From Dimorphilus gyrociliatus (Eukaryota > Animalia > Annelida), in the NCBI GenBank assembly GCA_904063045.1, contig CAJFCJ010000014.1, positions 434,001 to 498,000 on the forward strand: a stretch of 64,000 bases of DNA, written 5' to 3'. Position numbers and translations under genes: made by a program. The notes beneath the pieces are model-generated. The model worked only from the letters and a program-made list of their open reading frames with translations. It had not been told where the DNA came from and ran no database searches. Positions within the stretch are counted from its first letter, which is position 1, and each line of letters opens with the position of its first letter. Positions 26,050 to 39,685 of the stretch are shown piece by piece.

Positions 26050-26655
26050 TTTTAATAAATTCAACAGTATTTCAACGACGGTTATGAGCAGCTTTCGAAA
26101 GGAATCATTGGGTAGTACTAATATCTGTACTAAATAGAACAAACTAGTACCGAAGCAAAAGTTTCTGAAATTGTTGTTAAATATTTGTTTTCATAAGCAA
26201 ATTTTCCATTAAAAAATATTTAAAAGTCTTTGCTGATAGTGTTATGATTAGTATTTACTGATTATTATATTAAATTAGAGATGTTTACATCTTCAGCCAA
26301 CTTACTGGTTTAGGACATAATGATCTTACTAGCTCTTTTTAATAACATTTCAGTGATAATTAATTTTATTTTATTTTAAGTTTAGTCAAGTGAATGATAC
26401 TTAATTCTAGTTAAAATGTAATTTTATGATTACAGAAAGAGTCAAAAAAATCCTGGGAATTAGAAAAATAATATTTTTTTCCTGTAAGTTAGAATAACAG
26501 ATAAATGATTTGTTTAATAACAAATCTAAACGAAATATCGACTGGTAAACGTTAAAAGATGACTTTTTTCTTAAACTGCAGGTAACATTCTAAAGCGGTA
26601 GTTAGTAGTACCCAAAACCTCAGCTTAGCTTTTAGTTATATTTTGCTTCAGAAAG

Positions 26656-28979
26656 ATGCCTTACTTTGAAAGCTGCTATAAATCAAATCCCATAACTTGG
26701 AAACATAAGAAAGCGAATATAAATATTGTAAATAAATTGAATTTGAGACAGGTTCGTTGATAAAAAATTAAATTGAAATTTTTAAGGGCATAATTTATAA
26801 CTTTGATTATCACTCAGTTTCGAGGCACCTGCAGGTTTACAAGACTATTCGATCATCGGGTCTTTGACAAAGTTCCACCGAGACTATGCTTTTATTTAGA
26901 TAAAATGATAAAAGAAGGAGGGCAGGATGTCTGCGACGGGTATTGATTTTTACTCAAAATGTCAATATTAGATACACTATTTCAGGAGAAATTTCTACTG
27001 TTTTTATAAGGTCTTTTGTACCATCTCCATTAGCGCAAAGGCAACTAGCGTTAGTGTAATAATTCCCGTTAGGTCATCATTAAAGGCTTTCAACTATGTT
27101 TATTCAATTTTAAGATAAAATCACACTCATAATAATCATAATACTACTGTAACATTGCAGTTATGTTTTCCTGGGCTTTACAAGATGCTCCAATTGGTTA
27201 CTGTCTTATACATGGTCTGTAGAACTTCTTGATTACCGGCTTATATACTCTTTCAAATTGCAATGGTGGCGATATAAAGTAAACGACTGTTTAAAACTTG
27301 AAAGAAGTGTAAGGCTTTTCGGTGACGATGAAATCGATAAACTCCTCTTGATCAGAATATGGCAATGGCCAAAATGTGGGGATAAGATATTAATTCAAGG
27401 AGAAGCTGGTCCGAATGATTCTCAACACAAATCCGCTTATGTTACAATAATGGCCAAACCTAGTCTGGAATTTTGTCAGGTTCTTATAACAACTTTTCAC
27501 TAATTTTTGTATGAAAGAGAGAAATAGTATAGAAATAAAACTCATTAATTTAAACAAAAGAAAACTTTATCTTTTTCCTCTTTCATTTTCTGTATATAGG
27601 CTTAAAACATAAAGGTTCTAGAAGTAGTTAATGATTAATCAGTCATATACGTACATTTACCCGTAATGTATATATTTTCTTTATGTTTCAATTAAAGGAC
27701 TGCAACTCAAAAAACTGTATAAAACACTGGTTCGCCGTTCACACTAAATACGAAATAGCTCCACCTTTCCCCCCCCTGTCATCGGATACAGTTATAATAC
27801 CCGGCATGGCTTTGTTTCATTCCGGGGATATTTTCCATTCGTTATCCGTGTGTGCTGAGAAGTTTGAGCTAACAAAAGAACCGGAAGTTGAGCATACCTC
27901 AGGCAGACCCTCACCAAGAATTCAATCTCCCGCGTGCTCTCAAACGGAAGTTAATTCTAGCCTATGCTCCTCTTGCGTTAATCAAGTCTCTAAAGTGCAT
28001 GAAATTACTGGTAAGACAACTTCCTTATTCTAATATAAGCGGCATCATTCAAATGAAAATTTATAGAATTACTATCTGCCCATGTGAATAACTCAATGCT
28101 TCGTCAACAACTATTGATTTCTCTTGTATGAAATAGTCAATTTAACAACTATAAAGACTCTAATGAGAGTCGTATAACCATTTAAATAAAATTATTTCGC
28201 ATACAGGCATTCAGTTTATCCCTCATTTTATTCCATATTTGAGAGATTAGGATAGAGAATTGATGATATCGCAAAAAATTCACGCTGCTTTTTCTTTAAT
28301 GCACTTTATTATTTCAGGTGACCTTGGTTGTCTAACATCTTCCGTAAGAAGATATGTATTTGATAATCCCAACTCAGAACAAACATTAGGACCAGATGAT
28401 CTACCCTTTGATATAGAAGATGATATTACAATGCAATACCATACTGTTTTACCTGTTGATGTTAGAATAGGGAAAAAGAATTTAAAACTATTAAATCATG
28501 TGCCTAAAACGAAAACCAATGTTTTGACCGTCAGGCACTTATCCTTGGATATTGAACACCTTATTGGAGAAATTATACGGATTGACTCTGAATTATCAAA
28601 ACGTTTCATAGCTTTAATCACATACGATGTTAAAGTACTTTACGTACAAGAAGAAACTATGTCTGTCTTTCTCATTATATTTTGTTTGATTAAAGGGAGA
28701 AAACCTGGTGCCTTGTGCATACGCCAACATGGTGAGGAAATGTATAGCGTTCATGTAACTTTAGAATGGAGTTTAATTACCGGCGCTCATGTTATTCATA
28801 AAAGAAGCCCCTTACAAAGATATTTAGGAAATAAGAAGAGCTTTAAAGGGTCTAACGTTCGTTATATTGGACCACCAAAATCTGAAAATGTTATTATGGC
28901 AGATAACGAACCATTTTTAAGAGACGAATCAAAGACATGTATATCTGATCATGCCGGTACAATAGCTCTAAGACTGTAG
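26656..28979 (+). CDS. DCAF15: DDB1- and CUL4-associated factor 15
   Basis: Spliced: VFDKVPPRLC, GYVFLGFTRCSNWLLSY, LQWWRYKVN..LKLERSVRLFGDDEI, CIKHWFAVHTKYEIAPPFP, following the DCAF15 N-terminal pattern. Confidence 0.85.
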
Positions 28980-29705
28980 TACGTTTACTAAAATAACTAA
29001 TGTACAAATAACAAAAAATATACTTTGTTGAAGAATGATCACACATCGTGCGATAAAAATGACATCAAATAAAAACTTAACTCGTACAATATATAATATA
29101 GTATTTGTAATTCTATTCTCTGCAGCTCACAGGGCATAGCTAGCGCTCTGAGAAAAATTTTAGATTGTTTTTTATATATTTCCTTTATCGCTATATTTAC
29201 TTAAATAATAAACTACATCGAAAAAATCGTTGTAACGTATTAGGAATCTTCCAGAGAGTTTTTAGCACTTATATGCTATTATGAAACAAAAGGAAAATTA
29301 ATAAAAGAAGATTGATACCTACTCTTAGGCCTAAATATTTTACTAGACTAATTGTACTATCTCTTTGCAGGCTGGAACATTCATTTAAATTGCTTGTTCT
29401 TTACGTCAGTATATAATTATATATTGAATATGTATACTGTTTATACTGTATATACAAAATATCTCAGGTAAGCTGAAAACTAATAAATTGAAGCACAGAA
29501 GTTTTAATATTAACAGCCATACTATATATTAATCAGATTTTTTCTTTTTTAATATTATGATTATATAGGCTTAAAGTTTCTTAAATTAGTTACAAATCAC
29601 ATTATAGCTTTCATACAATTCTTTAGTAATAGAGAAGTCTAATACTTTAGAACTAATTATTTTATTTTCAATCCTTTTTTTTTATTAAATAGCATATACA
29701 TTATA

Positions 29706-30698
29706 TTAAACTGGATGTTGTCCTTTAAAACACATATCATCCATTCGTTTGCATAATCTTTTCAAATTTTCTGGTATGTATTGAACAACATTAATTCCAG
29801 GCAAATCAGTTGTTAAAAGGGCATAAACGTGTCCAAACACTAAAGCATCAATTTCTGTAGGATCATTACCAATTACGAAGGTATTTTCTTGTAAAATTTC
29901 TGCTATACAAGTTAGATTTAATTCTAAAATTGATAGGACTTTTTTCAAGTCGTATGATGCAAAATCTCCTAACTCTTTACGAATTTGATTTCGTCTTTGA
30001 TAAGGTATTAAATGCTTCAAAACAAAGAACAAATGACCTGCGTAGCGACGCCTTGTAACCTTATAAAAAACGTCATCGACCAACCATGTCAAATAGAGCT
30101 GTGAAGGTTAAGAGATAAATTAATTATAAAGATATGGGAATAAAAAACAAAATTAATGATATTATAAAAGTTAATGCAGAAGAATAGTTCAACTCTTTAC
30201 GATACCTCGCATTTCGTAACTTCGTTCAAAAGAAGGGAACACAGGGCAATGACGTCACATTTCACTTCGTCAGAAGCAGTATCGTATAATATACATTCTT
30301 TTATAGTTAAAAAGTCGACTATGTTGATAAATTGGGATATGAAAGTATTTCCAATTTTTAAGAAAGGTATTCCATCTAAATTATATTACATCGATTTAAA
30401 CTTGGCTATAATAGTATGAAATATTTACCTGGAGACATGTATTCAGCATTTCTACGACATTCTACCTTAAAATCTAGTTGATGTAGGCGTAATAAACATT
30501 TAATACTGCGCGTGTTCGCGGAATCGGCTAAAAGTATTTGATCTCCTAAAAATAAATTGATTTATTTATGACATTAACGTATTCTTCCTTTTTTTATAAA
30601 ACCTCTTAATTTTACATACTTTCAAATGGTTGAAAAAGCGTTATTTCAGTTGGCCACTCTTCGTTGCCTGTTAAGAAACAGAGCGATAATGGATTCAT
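29706..30698 (-). CDS. MTX2: Metaxin-2 (mitochondrial outer-membrane SAM complex, GST-like fold)
   Basis: EEWPTEITLFQPF|GDQILLAD...VECRRNAEYMSP|GIPFLKIG and PTEIDALVFGHVYALLTT. Confidence 0.88.
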
Positions 30699-31075
30699 TT
30701 ACAGGTCAGAAAAAGCTAAACATTATAACATGCTTATTTTGATGATAGATAATTATTTAAGAGAATAAATCATTATACGTGCTCTCTGTGCTTTAGTCAG
30801 CGAGTCGATAATAGACATAATTATCAAGAAATGTTTAAAGATGAATATTTCACATTGACCGGAACGTCCCGCTAAACATTAGCCTATCATTCCAATTTTA
30901 CCACATTTTGTATAATTTTATAGTAATATAGGCTTAATTACGTACTCCACACGAGACCTGTCTAATATTGTTGAAACCAGTTTATTTCAAGCGTTTCGAA
31001 TTCTGATTCCGGTTCCGTGTTTGAGAACAGCGTTAAATCGCTCTTCATGAAATATAAGTCGTTTTAACAGTTGAA

Positions 31076-33875
31076 ATGACTGATTCTCAGGTGCTATTCA
31101 AAAGCAACACACCAAGGCCACCTGTACCAGGAGGCGAATCCGCACCTAGGTGTTCTAAACCGGATTTTTTGGATATAGAAGGTGCTTCAGTTTCCCCAGC
31201 CTTTCATGAACAGCCGTCATCCGTCCGATGGGCGGAAAATTTACAAAATCTTTTGGAAGATCGAGAAGGTGTTAAACTTTTTAAGAAGTTTCTCGATTTG
31301 AATGAGGATGCCGGTCAGTTAGACTTTATATTTGCGTGCCGGGGACTGAAAATGGTGTCGGCAAAAGATAACAAAAAAATACGGCACATCGTAAAAACAA
31401 TTTACCGTCACTATATTAGTCGCAATAAAGTGGAATTACCGTTGCCAATTAAAAAGGAAATATGTGATCGCATAAGAAAACGCAATGATAATTTAAATCA
31501 ACAAATTTTTAACGAAGCTGAAAACTTTGTGGAGAAAAATTTGAAAGAAGGAGCTTATAGGGCTTTCATACGATCGGATTTATATGTGCAACATGTCGCA
31601 CAAGCAAATTCAGACTCATCTTCTGCCAGTTCTGTGCCTCCTCGTTTACTACCTCCATTACCCGAAGGAAAAGAGCTCGATACAATTCATGCAGCTGTCG
31701 ATGTATTATCAATGTCTATGAAAAACACTTCGGCATATAGCCGAACTTCTGTGACGGCGCACCGGAAAAGTGATGGGTTAGTAAAAAGGCATTTTTCTAT
31801 TTACTTAAAAAAATTCGCTTCTTTGATCGACTTCGTCGCACATACCGCTGAAAGTGCGAAAAAGTACATTTTAATTTGCCCTTTCACCCGTTGCCTTCGG
31901 CCACGATCACTCGTCAGAAACTTCAATGGCCAGTTGTATCGTTAGGGGTTGATAACTAAAAAGACGCTAATCGGTATTGTGTAAACAATGAAACATTTAA
32001 GCGTAGCAAAGAGATAAGCATGTTGATTAGTCTCGCAGACAATGCGTAGTTTGAAGAATTTTTATCTTAACATCAAAGACGAGCCGCCTTATAATGTAAA
32101 CGAAGTTACTTTTGCAATAGTTGAATATATTATTCGTTAAATGGAGAAATTTTTTTTGATAAAAGATGATTTTTTTTATGAAGAAACGTTATGTGCAACA
32201 GTTCAAAAACGAATACAGGTGTGTTGTTGCCTTAGGCACAATAAGACTAGTCACTGCTTGCCGTACCCTTTTATCTTGCCGACACAATGCTCCACAACGA
32301 CAATAAAAAATGCAATGAGTTTTAGCTAATTACTAGTTGCGCGAATATTGTTCATTTGCATCAGACTATTTCATTTAGTTTTATTGTGCTTATTTGAACA
32401 GAGTTCACGTTGAAGATGAAAATGAAAAGAAATCTAATCCATATTATTGCGCGTATGTCCCTGTTTCGGCCCAAGATAGCGAATTACAAAGCTTATCGAG
32501 CGACGCGTTAACAGATGATACTCTTTCATTAACGGATTCCAGTTTGTAAGTTGAATTAAATTATAATGCTTCGTTTAACAGTGTTGAGAGTAAATATTGG
32601 TTTTTATTGATAAAATTTTTCCCTATAAAGGGATTGTGTTCGAGTGGCAGGTGATGGCGGCGAGAGTAGAAGACGTCATTTTCGACGTAATCAGAGGTTT
32701 ATGCAACAATATGCTTCACTTAATAAAACTGCTGTCGGCTATTTAGATATACCGGTAAGTTCTGTTTTTCAAATTAGCATAAATTCTTTAAAGAAGGCAT
32801 TTGAAAAATTTTTCTTTGAACTCAGCGGCTCCGTGGACCGGGCAAAGGAAATTTAGCAGAATCGAATCCCGCTGAGTTTCATAAACAGTTAGTCGAACGG
32901 TTGAATGAGTATTTACGATCAAGTCAAGGATGTAAAGAGAGCGAACGAATAGTCAAAGCAAAGCTACGGAATACTGAAGATAGTACAAAAATGAATTACT
33001 CATCCGATATGTCACTCATGGATTCGACAAATGCCGATGATCCTCAAAACATTTTAGATGAACATGTGGTGCGTGTCTTCTCCGGAAATGCATGGCAAGA
33101 AAAACGGAAAAAAGAACTTCACGAAGCATCGCTACCTACGTCATTCATGCATTCATTATCTTTTAGCGCATTTCACGCATCACACTCATCCGATTCTAGT
33201 GAAAAACATCAAAAAGTCCATAATGTTTCAAAAACAAAAAAACCAGCTGCAGATTCAGATGTCTCTAATTTGGACAATGGTCAAAAGTATGTAAACTAAT
33301 TAATATAAATGTTTTAAGTATTATTATTTGCAAATTTACAAAAAAATTTAGGGTGCTTCAATGGATGATGGATAAAGATAACGTTGGCCATAAATCAGGC
33401 GAAAATTCTGATCCATCGTCACAAAGGAAAAGTCACAAGTCAAACTCATCCACAGTGATAGCCAGTCAACGTTCAAATACGTCAACATTAAATCAACACA
33501 ATTCTAAAAAACGTCCAGTTTCTCAACAAAATTTCACAGTTGTCGGCTACTTTTTTGCTGATGAAGAAATACCCTACAAATTTACAATGCCCGGTCAAAA
33601 TATTACATTAGCACAAATAAAGCACCATATTAAAAAAGGACCAAATTGCCGGTAAGAAATTTATCAGCATTACTAATAGAAATTTCAACAAAAATTTAAA
33701 CGTGTTGTTTTTAACAATTAAAACTAATGTATTAATTAATTTTTTTAGGTTTTTTGTCAAAAAAGAATCATCAGAATTTGACGTGGGTATTGTCAATGAA
33801 GAAATAACAGACGACAATGAACCGTTACCTTTATTTGAAGGAAAAATTATATTAACTATTTCGAAATTGGATTAG
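31076..33875 (+). CDS. AXIN: Axin (tankyrase-binding motif, RGS, GSK3- and beta-catenin-binding segments, DIX)
   Basis: PRPPVPGGE; RGS RWAENLQNLLEDREG; SAQDSELQSLSSDA; NPAEFHKQLVERL; DPQNILDEHVVRV; DIX TVVGYFFADEEIPY...PLPLFEGKII. Confidence 0.95.
31821..32088. promoter_or_regulatory. Candidate Wnt-response element (TCF HMG sites plus Helper site) in Axin intron 1
   Basis: CTTTGATC at 31821-31828; ACATCAAAG at 32070-32078 with GCCGCC 4 bp away at 32083-32088. Confidence 0.5.
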
Positions 33876-34084
33876 TTTAAAGCATCCGAATTTCCCAAGT
33901 GCCAAATTTTTCACCCATGTTGTTGTTGAATCTCTTTGTTTTCGAAAACCATTGTTTTTAGAACAGACGAAATATAAAGACAAGAATATGTGGCTTAAAA
34001 CAAACAGTGTCTATAAAAAATCGTTAAAAATGCAGTATTTATATCTTTTACTATGAAATAAAATAATTTATATTCATATTATTC

Positions 34085-34240
34085 CATCTCCCGCGTTACG
34101 ATAGGCCTGCGCGCTCAGAAAATAAATGCGCGCCTGCTACTAAAGAAACTGACCAATCATAGAAAAAGGCGCAAACTCGACCGTAGGATAAACCAATCAC
34201 AAGGCTCGTTACAATTTGGAAGATTGAGCGCCTGCCTTGA
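34085..34240. promoter_or_regulatory. GC-richer proximal promoter of BAZ1A with two CCAAT boxes and an E2F-like site
   Basis: GACCAATCA (~34151), AACCAATCA (~34192), GGCGCAAA (~34168) and GCGCGC motifs upstream of the gene. Confidence 0.45.
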
Positions 34241-34650
34241 AGATTTTCTTTCTGGCTAAATATCGGCTAAACATTTTCAAGAATTTTATATGTTTCTACG
34301 AAATTTTTCGTCTCATTTTTTGTGAAAAGAGGCTAGTATAAGTTATCTTGATTTTCAGTAAAACTGAAGTTAGAAACGTGATCATTATATGATCATAATT
34401 ACCATAAAACTCTACTAGTTGTCTCGAAATTACTGGTGTTGAAAAAGTAACGACGAGGCATCGGTACGATGCTGCCATTTGTTTGACATTAAATTCGATC
34501 TGATCTTCGAATTTAGGTGATTTCCCCCCAAAATCGTTGTTTCCCGGTATATAATAGGTATTTAACTAAAGATTACAAATATAATTTTAAAAGCACGTGG
34601 ATTGAAAATTGATTAACTGTGTAATTTATATTTTAGGCTCAAATCTGAGA

Positions 34651-37600
34651 ATGCCTCTATACCAAAAGGAGCGTTTCGTCAAGGAACCAACACCTAGTGG
34701 TGTTAAATTGGACGATGAGGTCTTCTACTGTCCCCAGACTGATGAAATCTTTACAGATTATGAGTAAGATTTGATATTCGAATTTCTATGACCAATAACA
34801 TTGTTAATTTTTTACAGAAAATTCTACTCTCGAATTATTCTCTGCAATGCTTTGGTCTGGTCGTGTTCATATAGCGGTAAATCGGGTTTAACTTACGCTG
34901 AGGCAGAGGATAATGAAAGGAAATGCCTTGATACTTTACAAGCTATGAATACTATTCTTAAAAGATCTATGATATATTTGGTTACTTTAACCCACCGTCA
35001 AAGATTTAGTGAGGTTGTCGAAGACGTTTATTCTTTTGTAAAGGATAGATATTTCATCAACGAAGCTGTCTACCTCCTCTCACAAAATACAAAGTGCGTA
35101 GTTGCGACATTTCACACAGATCGTTACATTAATAATTCATTTTTCTCGTATAGGAAAAAATGTAAGATAATTAGCGTTAGGGCGCCGACAAGTAATCCTA
35201 TTAAATTGGACGATAGCCAATCTAAATCAAACGGACTATCTAGTGAAGATGCTATAGTCATAAGCGATGAAGACGAAGAGAAATTGGCTGATCACTCAAA
35301 GTATATATTTCAATATTGATTATTTATATCTTGTCATTGAAAACAACACTTTCTAAAATGATCTCGTAGGTCCAGTGAAAGTAAAAAGGAATTTAAGAGC
35401 TTACCACCCCGAAAGTATAAATATGAAATACAAGAAGAAGGCGCAAAAAAGACACATTTTGTTCGATACGATCGTTTATGGTTTGTATACAATTATAAAA
35501 ATTGATGAACATTTCTATAATATTCACATTTTAGCCGACCAAAAAGCGAATTTAGTAGAGAAAAATTAAAATTAGTATTGAAATGTAACTGTGAGTCAAA
35601 AACTACAGGAATTTGGATTGTTAAGGTAGCAGCTTATTATCTCTTTTAATCTCTAAAAAAAATAAAGTCATATGTGTAAATAGTGCTAATTTAATATACA
35701 TGCTCTTTTTTGTCTCTCTCGGTAGGATAACTCAAGGAAAGAATATGAAATTGATACTTTGTCTTGGCTTGATCTTTTTGATGGACCTTATCCCCATTTC
35801 GCACTTCCTGTTGATAAAATCGAGAAAAAGAAAATTAAATCAAAGAAAGTTGAAGATATGTCTCTATCAGAACTTAAAGAGCATTTGAGTATGAAAGAAA
35901 AAAGAATGCAAGAGATAAAAATGAATAAAGAACAATTAAGAGATATGCAAATGCAAAAACGATTACAAGCCAAAAATGAAAGATTAGAAAGGGAACAATG
36001 GCTTAGAGATTGGGCAAAACCGAGAGAAGATCTTCAATGCGAGGACTTGGAGCCTCTTCCTATTTCTAGGGAAATTATACTACCTCACAACATTCCATCA
36101 GACTTTATAGGAGATATTTTCAGTTTAGTATCATGTTGCATTTTATTCGGAGATATGTTGGACATTAAAAATAGTCTAAGTGAAAAGGTAACCGTAGAAA
36201 GCTTATGTAGAGCATTAACCGTTACGGAAGTTGATGGGTTATATTCCGAGATATTAGTTATGTTTTTGGGGTAAGTAAATATCATTGTATATATCTGTGT
36301 AAAATAATTGTTTGCCCGAAAATAGCCACCTGTTGACCTTACACGACGACGATAATTTGGAAGATGTTAACGAAAATATTAAGAGCTACGAAAGCGAAGA
36401 CGAATACATGTTTAATGACAAAACGTCCGATTACGAATTGATCGCCACTAAGCGAGGAACAAAATTGGCCCTTTTACGATATAGTAAGTATTTATATCAA
36501 CATAAACTAATCGTTAATTGATTATAAGACTATAAAGATCTATTATGTATTATATCTAATTCCATAACACAGATCATTCTATACAATCCCTACAACTAGA
36601 TGCTTTTACTGTATCAGAAATTTTACGTCTACATTTACTATCATCCGGTTGCGGAGATAAAACCGATCAGGATGCTTGCTTACGGTTAAAGAAATCTTAT
36701 CCTAATATTTTAAGATCACTTCTAGAAAAGAATATTACGGAATTCTCCTTAGAAGTCAAATTGAAAGTATTGGTTGCTCTCTCTGAACAATTATTAGACG
36801 CTTTTAGGGATGTTATCGATGAGAAAATCCAAAATATTAGAGAAATGCAGGCAGAATTGGTTCAGCTAAAAAAATTATACTTAAGGCGTGAACGATCTGA
36901 AACTGCTTATAAAATGGAAATTGCTAAACAAGCATCAGATAATTCTGAAAATGCCGATAAAAACTCAGAGAAATCAGGTGAAAGTCAGGAAAATTCTCAA
37001 AAAGACTCTCCTCAAGTCAAAAGGAGTACAAGGGCTAGAGGTGGAAAAAAAGAAGATAAAGAAATCAAATCTGTTGCCTACCTCTTAGACCAAACTCCTG
37101 AAGAAATCGATTGGTCGAGAATAACTGACGAAACAAAGACTGCCATGAATAAAGCTCATAATGCTCTTGTCGAAGAGCTTCAAACAAAAATATTCAATTT
37201 ACAATCGATCGTTAATTTACGTCCAATTGGTTATGATCGAACATTTAGAAAATATTGGTATATACCTTACGTAAGCGGAATTCTTGTAGAAGACGATGGC
37301 TGTCCAGACATGCAGGAATCAACGTTTAGTGTTGTTGAACAAATTGGCCCACCGCCCGAAATTAAAAAGCAAAGAGAGCAATTGTTAAAAACTAAATTAG
37401 CAGACGAAGTTGCTCTTGTCAATGAAGATGAAAAAAATACAATAGAAATAGATTCAGAACCTTTAAAAACGATTACCGTTGCGGAGTCTATTAAGAATCG
37501 TGGAAAAATTCGATGGTCCTATTATAGCACTAAAAAAGAAATAACGTCTTTAATTTCATTATTAAGCACCAGGGGAGTTAAGGAACATGCATTAAAGAAT

Positions 37601-39519
37601 TGTCTTTTACGTATTAAAGATTATGTTATAAATAACTTATCGTCCAAAAACTGCTGGAATCCAGAAGATAGTAAAAAGTCTGAAGAGGAACCAATGGAAG
37701 TAAATGAAGAGAAATCGGACAAGAGTGAAATATGTTTAAGAGATATGATTTTAGATTTAGAGGATAGGTTATATGTCAGTCAGTTAGGTAATTTAAAAGT
37801 AAGAGACAGAGACATTTGGCGATCTAAAATCCTAAAAAAGTCGTACGACGTACAAGCAAGCTCGTTAGCCTGGCACAAGTGTAACGAAAACTCAGATTTA
37901 GTTACTCGTCTCATAAAAGATGAGGAGAGTTCAAGAGTTAAAATTTTGGCTGCCTCCATATTACAATTAGGACAAGCTATTGAGAAAAGATTCCTGCAGC
38001 GCCCTTTAGGCGATAAGGATGAAAATCGGCTTAAAAAGCAAAAGGCACTGTTAGAAGCCACTTTCAAAGGCACTGTAGATTCAGCCCTCATCGAACAAAA
38101 TGGTGAAATAGAATTGGGATTACCTTTCGAACGATGGGAATATCATTTAATGCAAGCAACATCGCTGGCTCAATTGTTTGTTTGCATTGCTATTTTGGAC
38201 AGTTCAGTTATTTGGGAAAAAAGTGTATTACATACTAGATGTAAAATATGCCGAAGAAAGGGAGGTGCAGATCAAATGCTTTTATGTGATGGATGTGATC
38301 GAGGGCATCATACATACTGCCTCAAACCACCTGTTAAGGTTGGTTATTGTTATTTTAATCTCATGTACCTAGATATTTAACATTACTCATCTTACCATAC
38401 ATGGCGATAAGTTATGAATGGTAAAAAAAATGGGGATTTGTATATAGTTAGCTTATTCTCTTATTAGGTAATGTAAAAAAAAATTGTAAGCCAACGACAG
38501 AGTTTGGTCCCAGTACGCCTTTCTCTGAGAACTACTTGCAGACAATTAACTTTACTGTCCCCTTTTTTAGAAAATTCCCGAAGGTAATTGGTATTGCCAA
38601 GCCTGTAAACCAAAAGACATATCCCCGAGGAAAGGAAAGAGTCGTGTTGTCCTGGAAACAGATGAGGAAGAGGAAAGCGAAGAGGAGAATGACAGTATGA
38701 ATAGTTCGGCCACCAATAAAACAGAAGAGAATGAAGACGAATCGTCCGATTCGGAAAGTAGAACTTCTCCACCTGTCATGAAAATTAAATCTATCGGAAG
38801 CAGTAAGTTATTTATTTACTAAATGTGGATTTGTTTATTTATATTAACGACTAATTTTCCTTTTTGCCGTCGTAGAGAGAAAATTAAGAAATAGAAGCAG
38901 TCTACCAGCCTCCAGAGAAGGTACACCTAAAGAGATGTCCAATCGACGAAGCAATAGAAACAACAAAAATAATGAAATACAAAGAAGCAGTTCCACTCGA
39001 AGCAAACAACAGCAAACGTCAAGTACGGATAATAAAAAGGCTAAACCTAAAAATAATAAAAAGTCAGAATCAACCAATGAAAGTACAAATGAACTAAGGG
39101 GTGGAAGAAAACGAAAACGAACAACTAATGAAACAAACGATCAAGATACACAGCAGGCAAAACGACAAAAAGTCGAAGGAGGTAGAACAAAACGAGGAGG
39201 ACGTAGGTCTCTTAAGAAAATCGAAGAGTTAGTTAATGAATTCGCTCTTCATGAAGATGCTTGGCCATTCCTTAAACCTGTTAGTAAGAAAGCGGTACCG
39301 GATTATTATGAATTTATAACTAATCCTATGGACGTTAGGACAATTAAAGCCAAAATGAATCGTTTAGAGTATAATGATTCTCAACAAATTATTGAGGATT
39401 TGCGTTTGATGTTGAAGAATTGTTTTCAGTACAACGTCACCAAGGCTGAAGTATACAAATGTGGTAAAATCATGGAAAAATGGCTTAATGAAAGATTGAA
39501 AGAAACTGAGCTTGCTTAA
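34651..39519 (+). CDS. BAZ1A: BAZ1A/ACF1 ISWI-complex subunit (WAC, DDT, WHIM, PHD, bromodomain)
   Basis: MPLYQKERFVK...EVFYCPQTDEIF WAC domain; PIGYDRTFRKYW; PHD CKICRRKGGADQMLLCDGCDRGHHTYC|KIPEGNWYCQAC; bromodomain AWPFLKPV...NPMD..NCFQYN. Confidence 0.95.
38380..38547 (+). ncRNA. Candidate intronic box H/ACA snoRNA
   Basis: Hairpin-H box-hairpin-ACA layout in a 232-bp intron. The 3' hairpin has a lower stem TGTAAG/CTTGCA, a pocket and an upper stem CAGAG/CTCTG, with ACA 14 nt from the upper stem. Confidence 0.5.
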
Positions 39520-39685
39520 AAAGTTAATCATTATTTATTTGGAGGTGCAAATAACAAAAAAAATTAGGATTCTTTGTTCTTTGTCTCGTGTCACTTAGAA
39601 TTGTCACACAAGATTCATGTACAGTTCACTTTTTTAGCATTATATTAATAATGCTATATATGGAAGCGGTTATTGTAAAGCTGTA

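Noticed and set aside
31737-31945. C-terminal part of ORF 31076-31945 as Axin coding sequence
   Set aside because: Read-through into intron 1; conserved Axin sequence resumes at the acceptor near 32401.
38468-38485. 18-nt poison microexon or recursive AG|GT site in the BAZ1A intron
   Set aside because: The same bases form the stem and H box of the snoRNA candidate, and the flanking exons already join in frame. Not excluded, but less parsimonious.
38388-38512. miR-8-5p-like CATCTTACC and miR-133-like TTTGGTCCC
   Set aside because: Only 9-nt matches, with no appropriate pre-miRNA.
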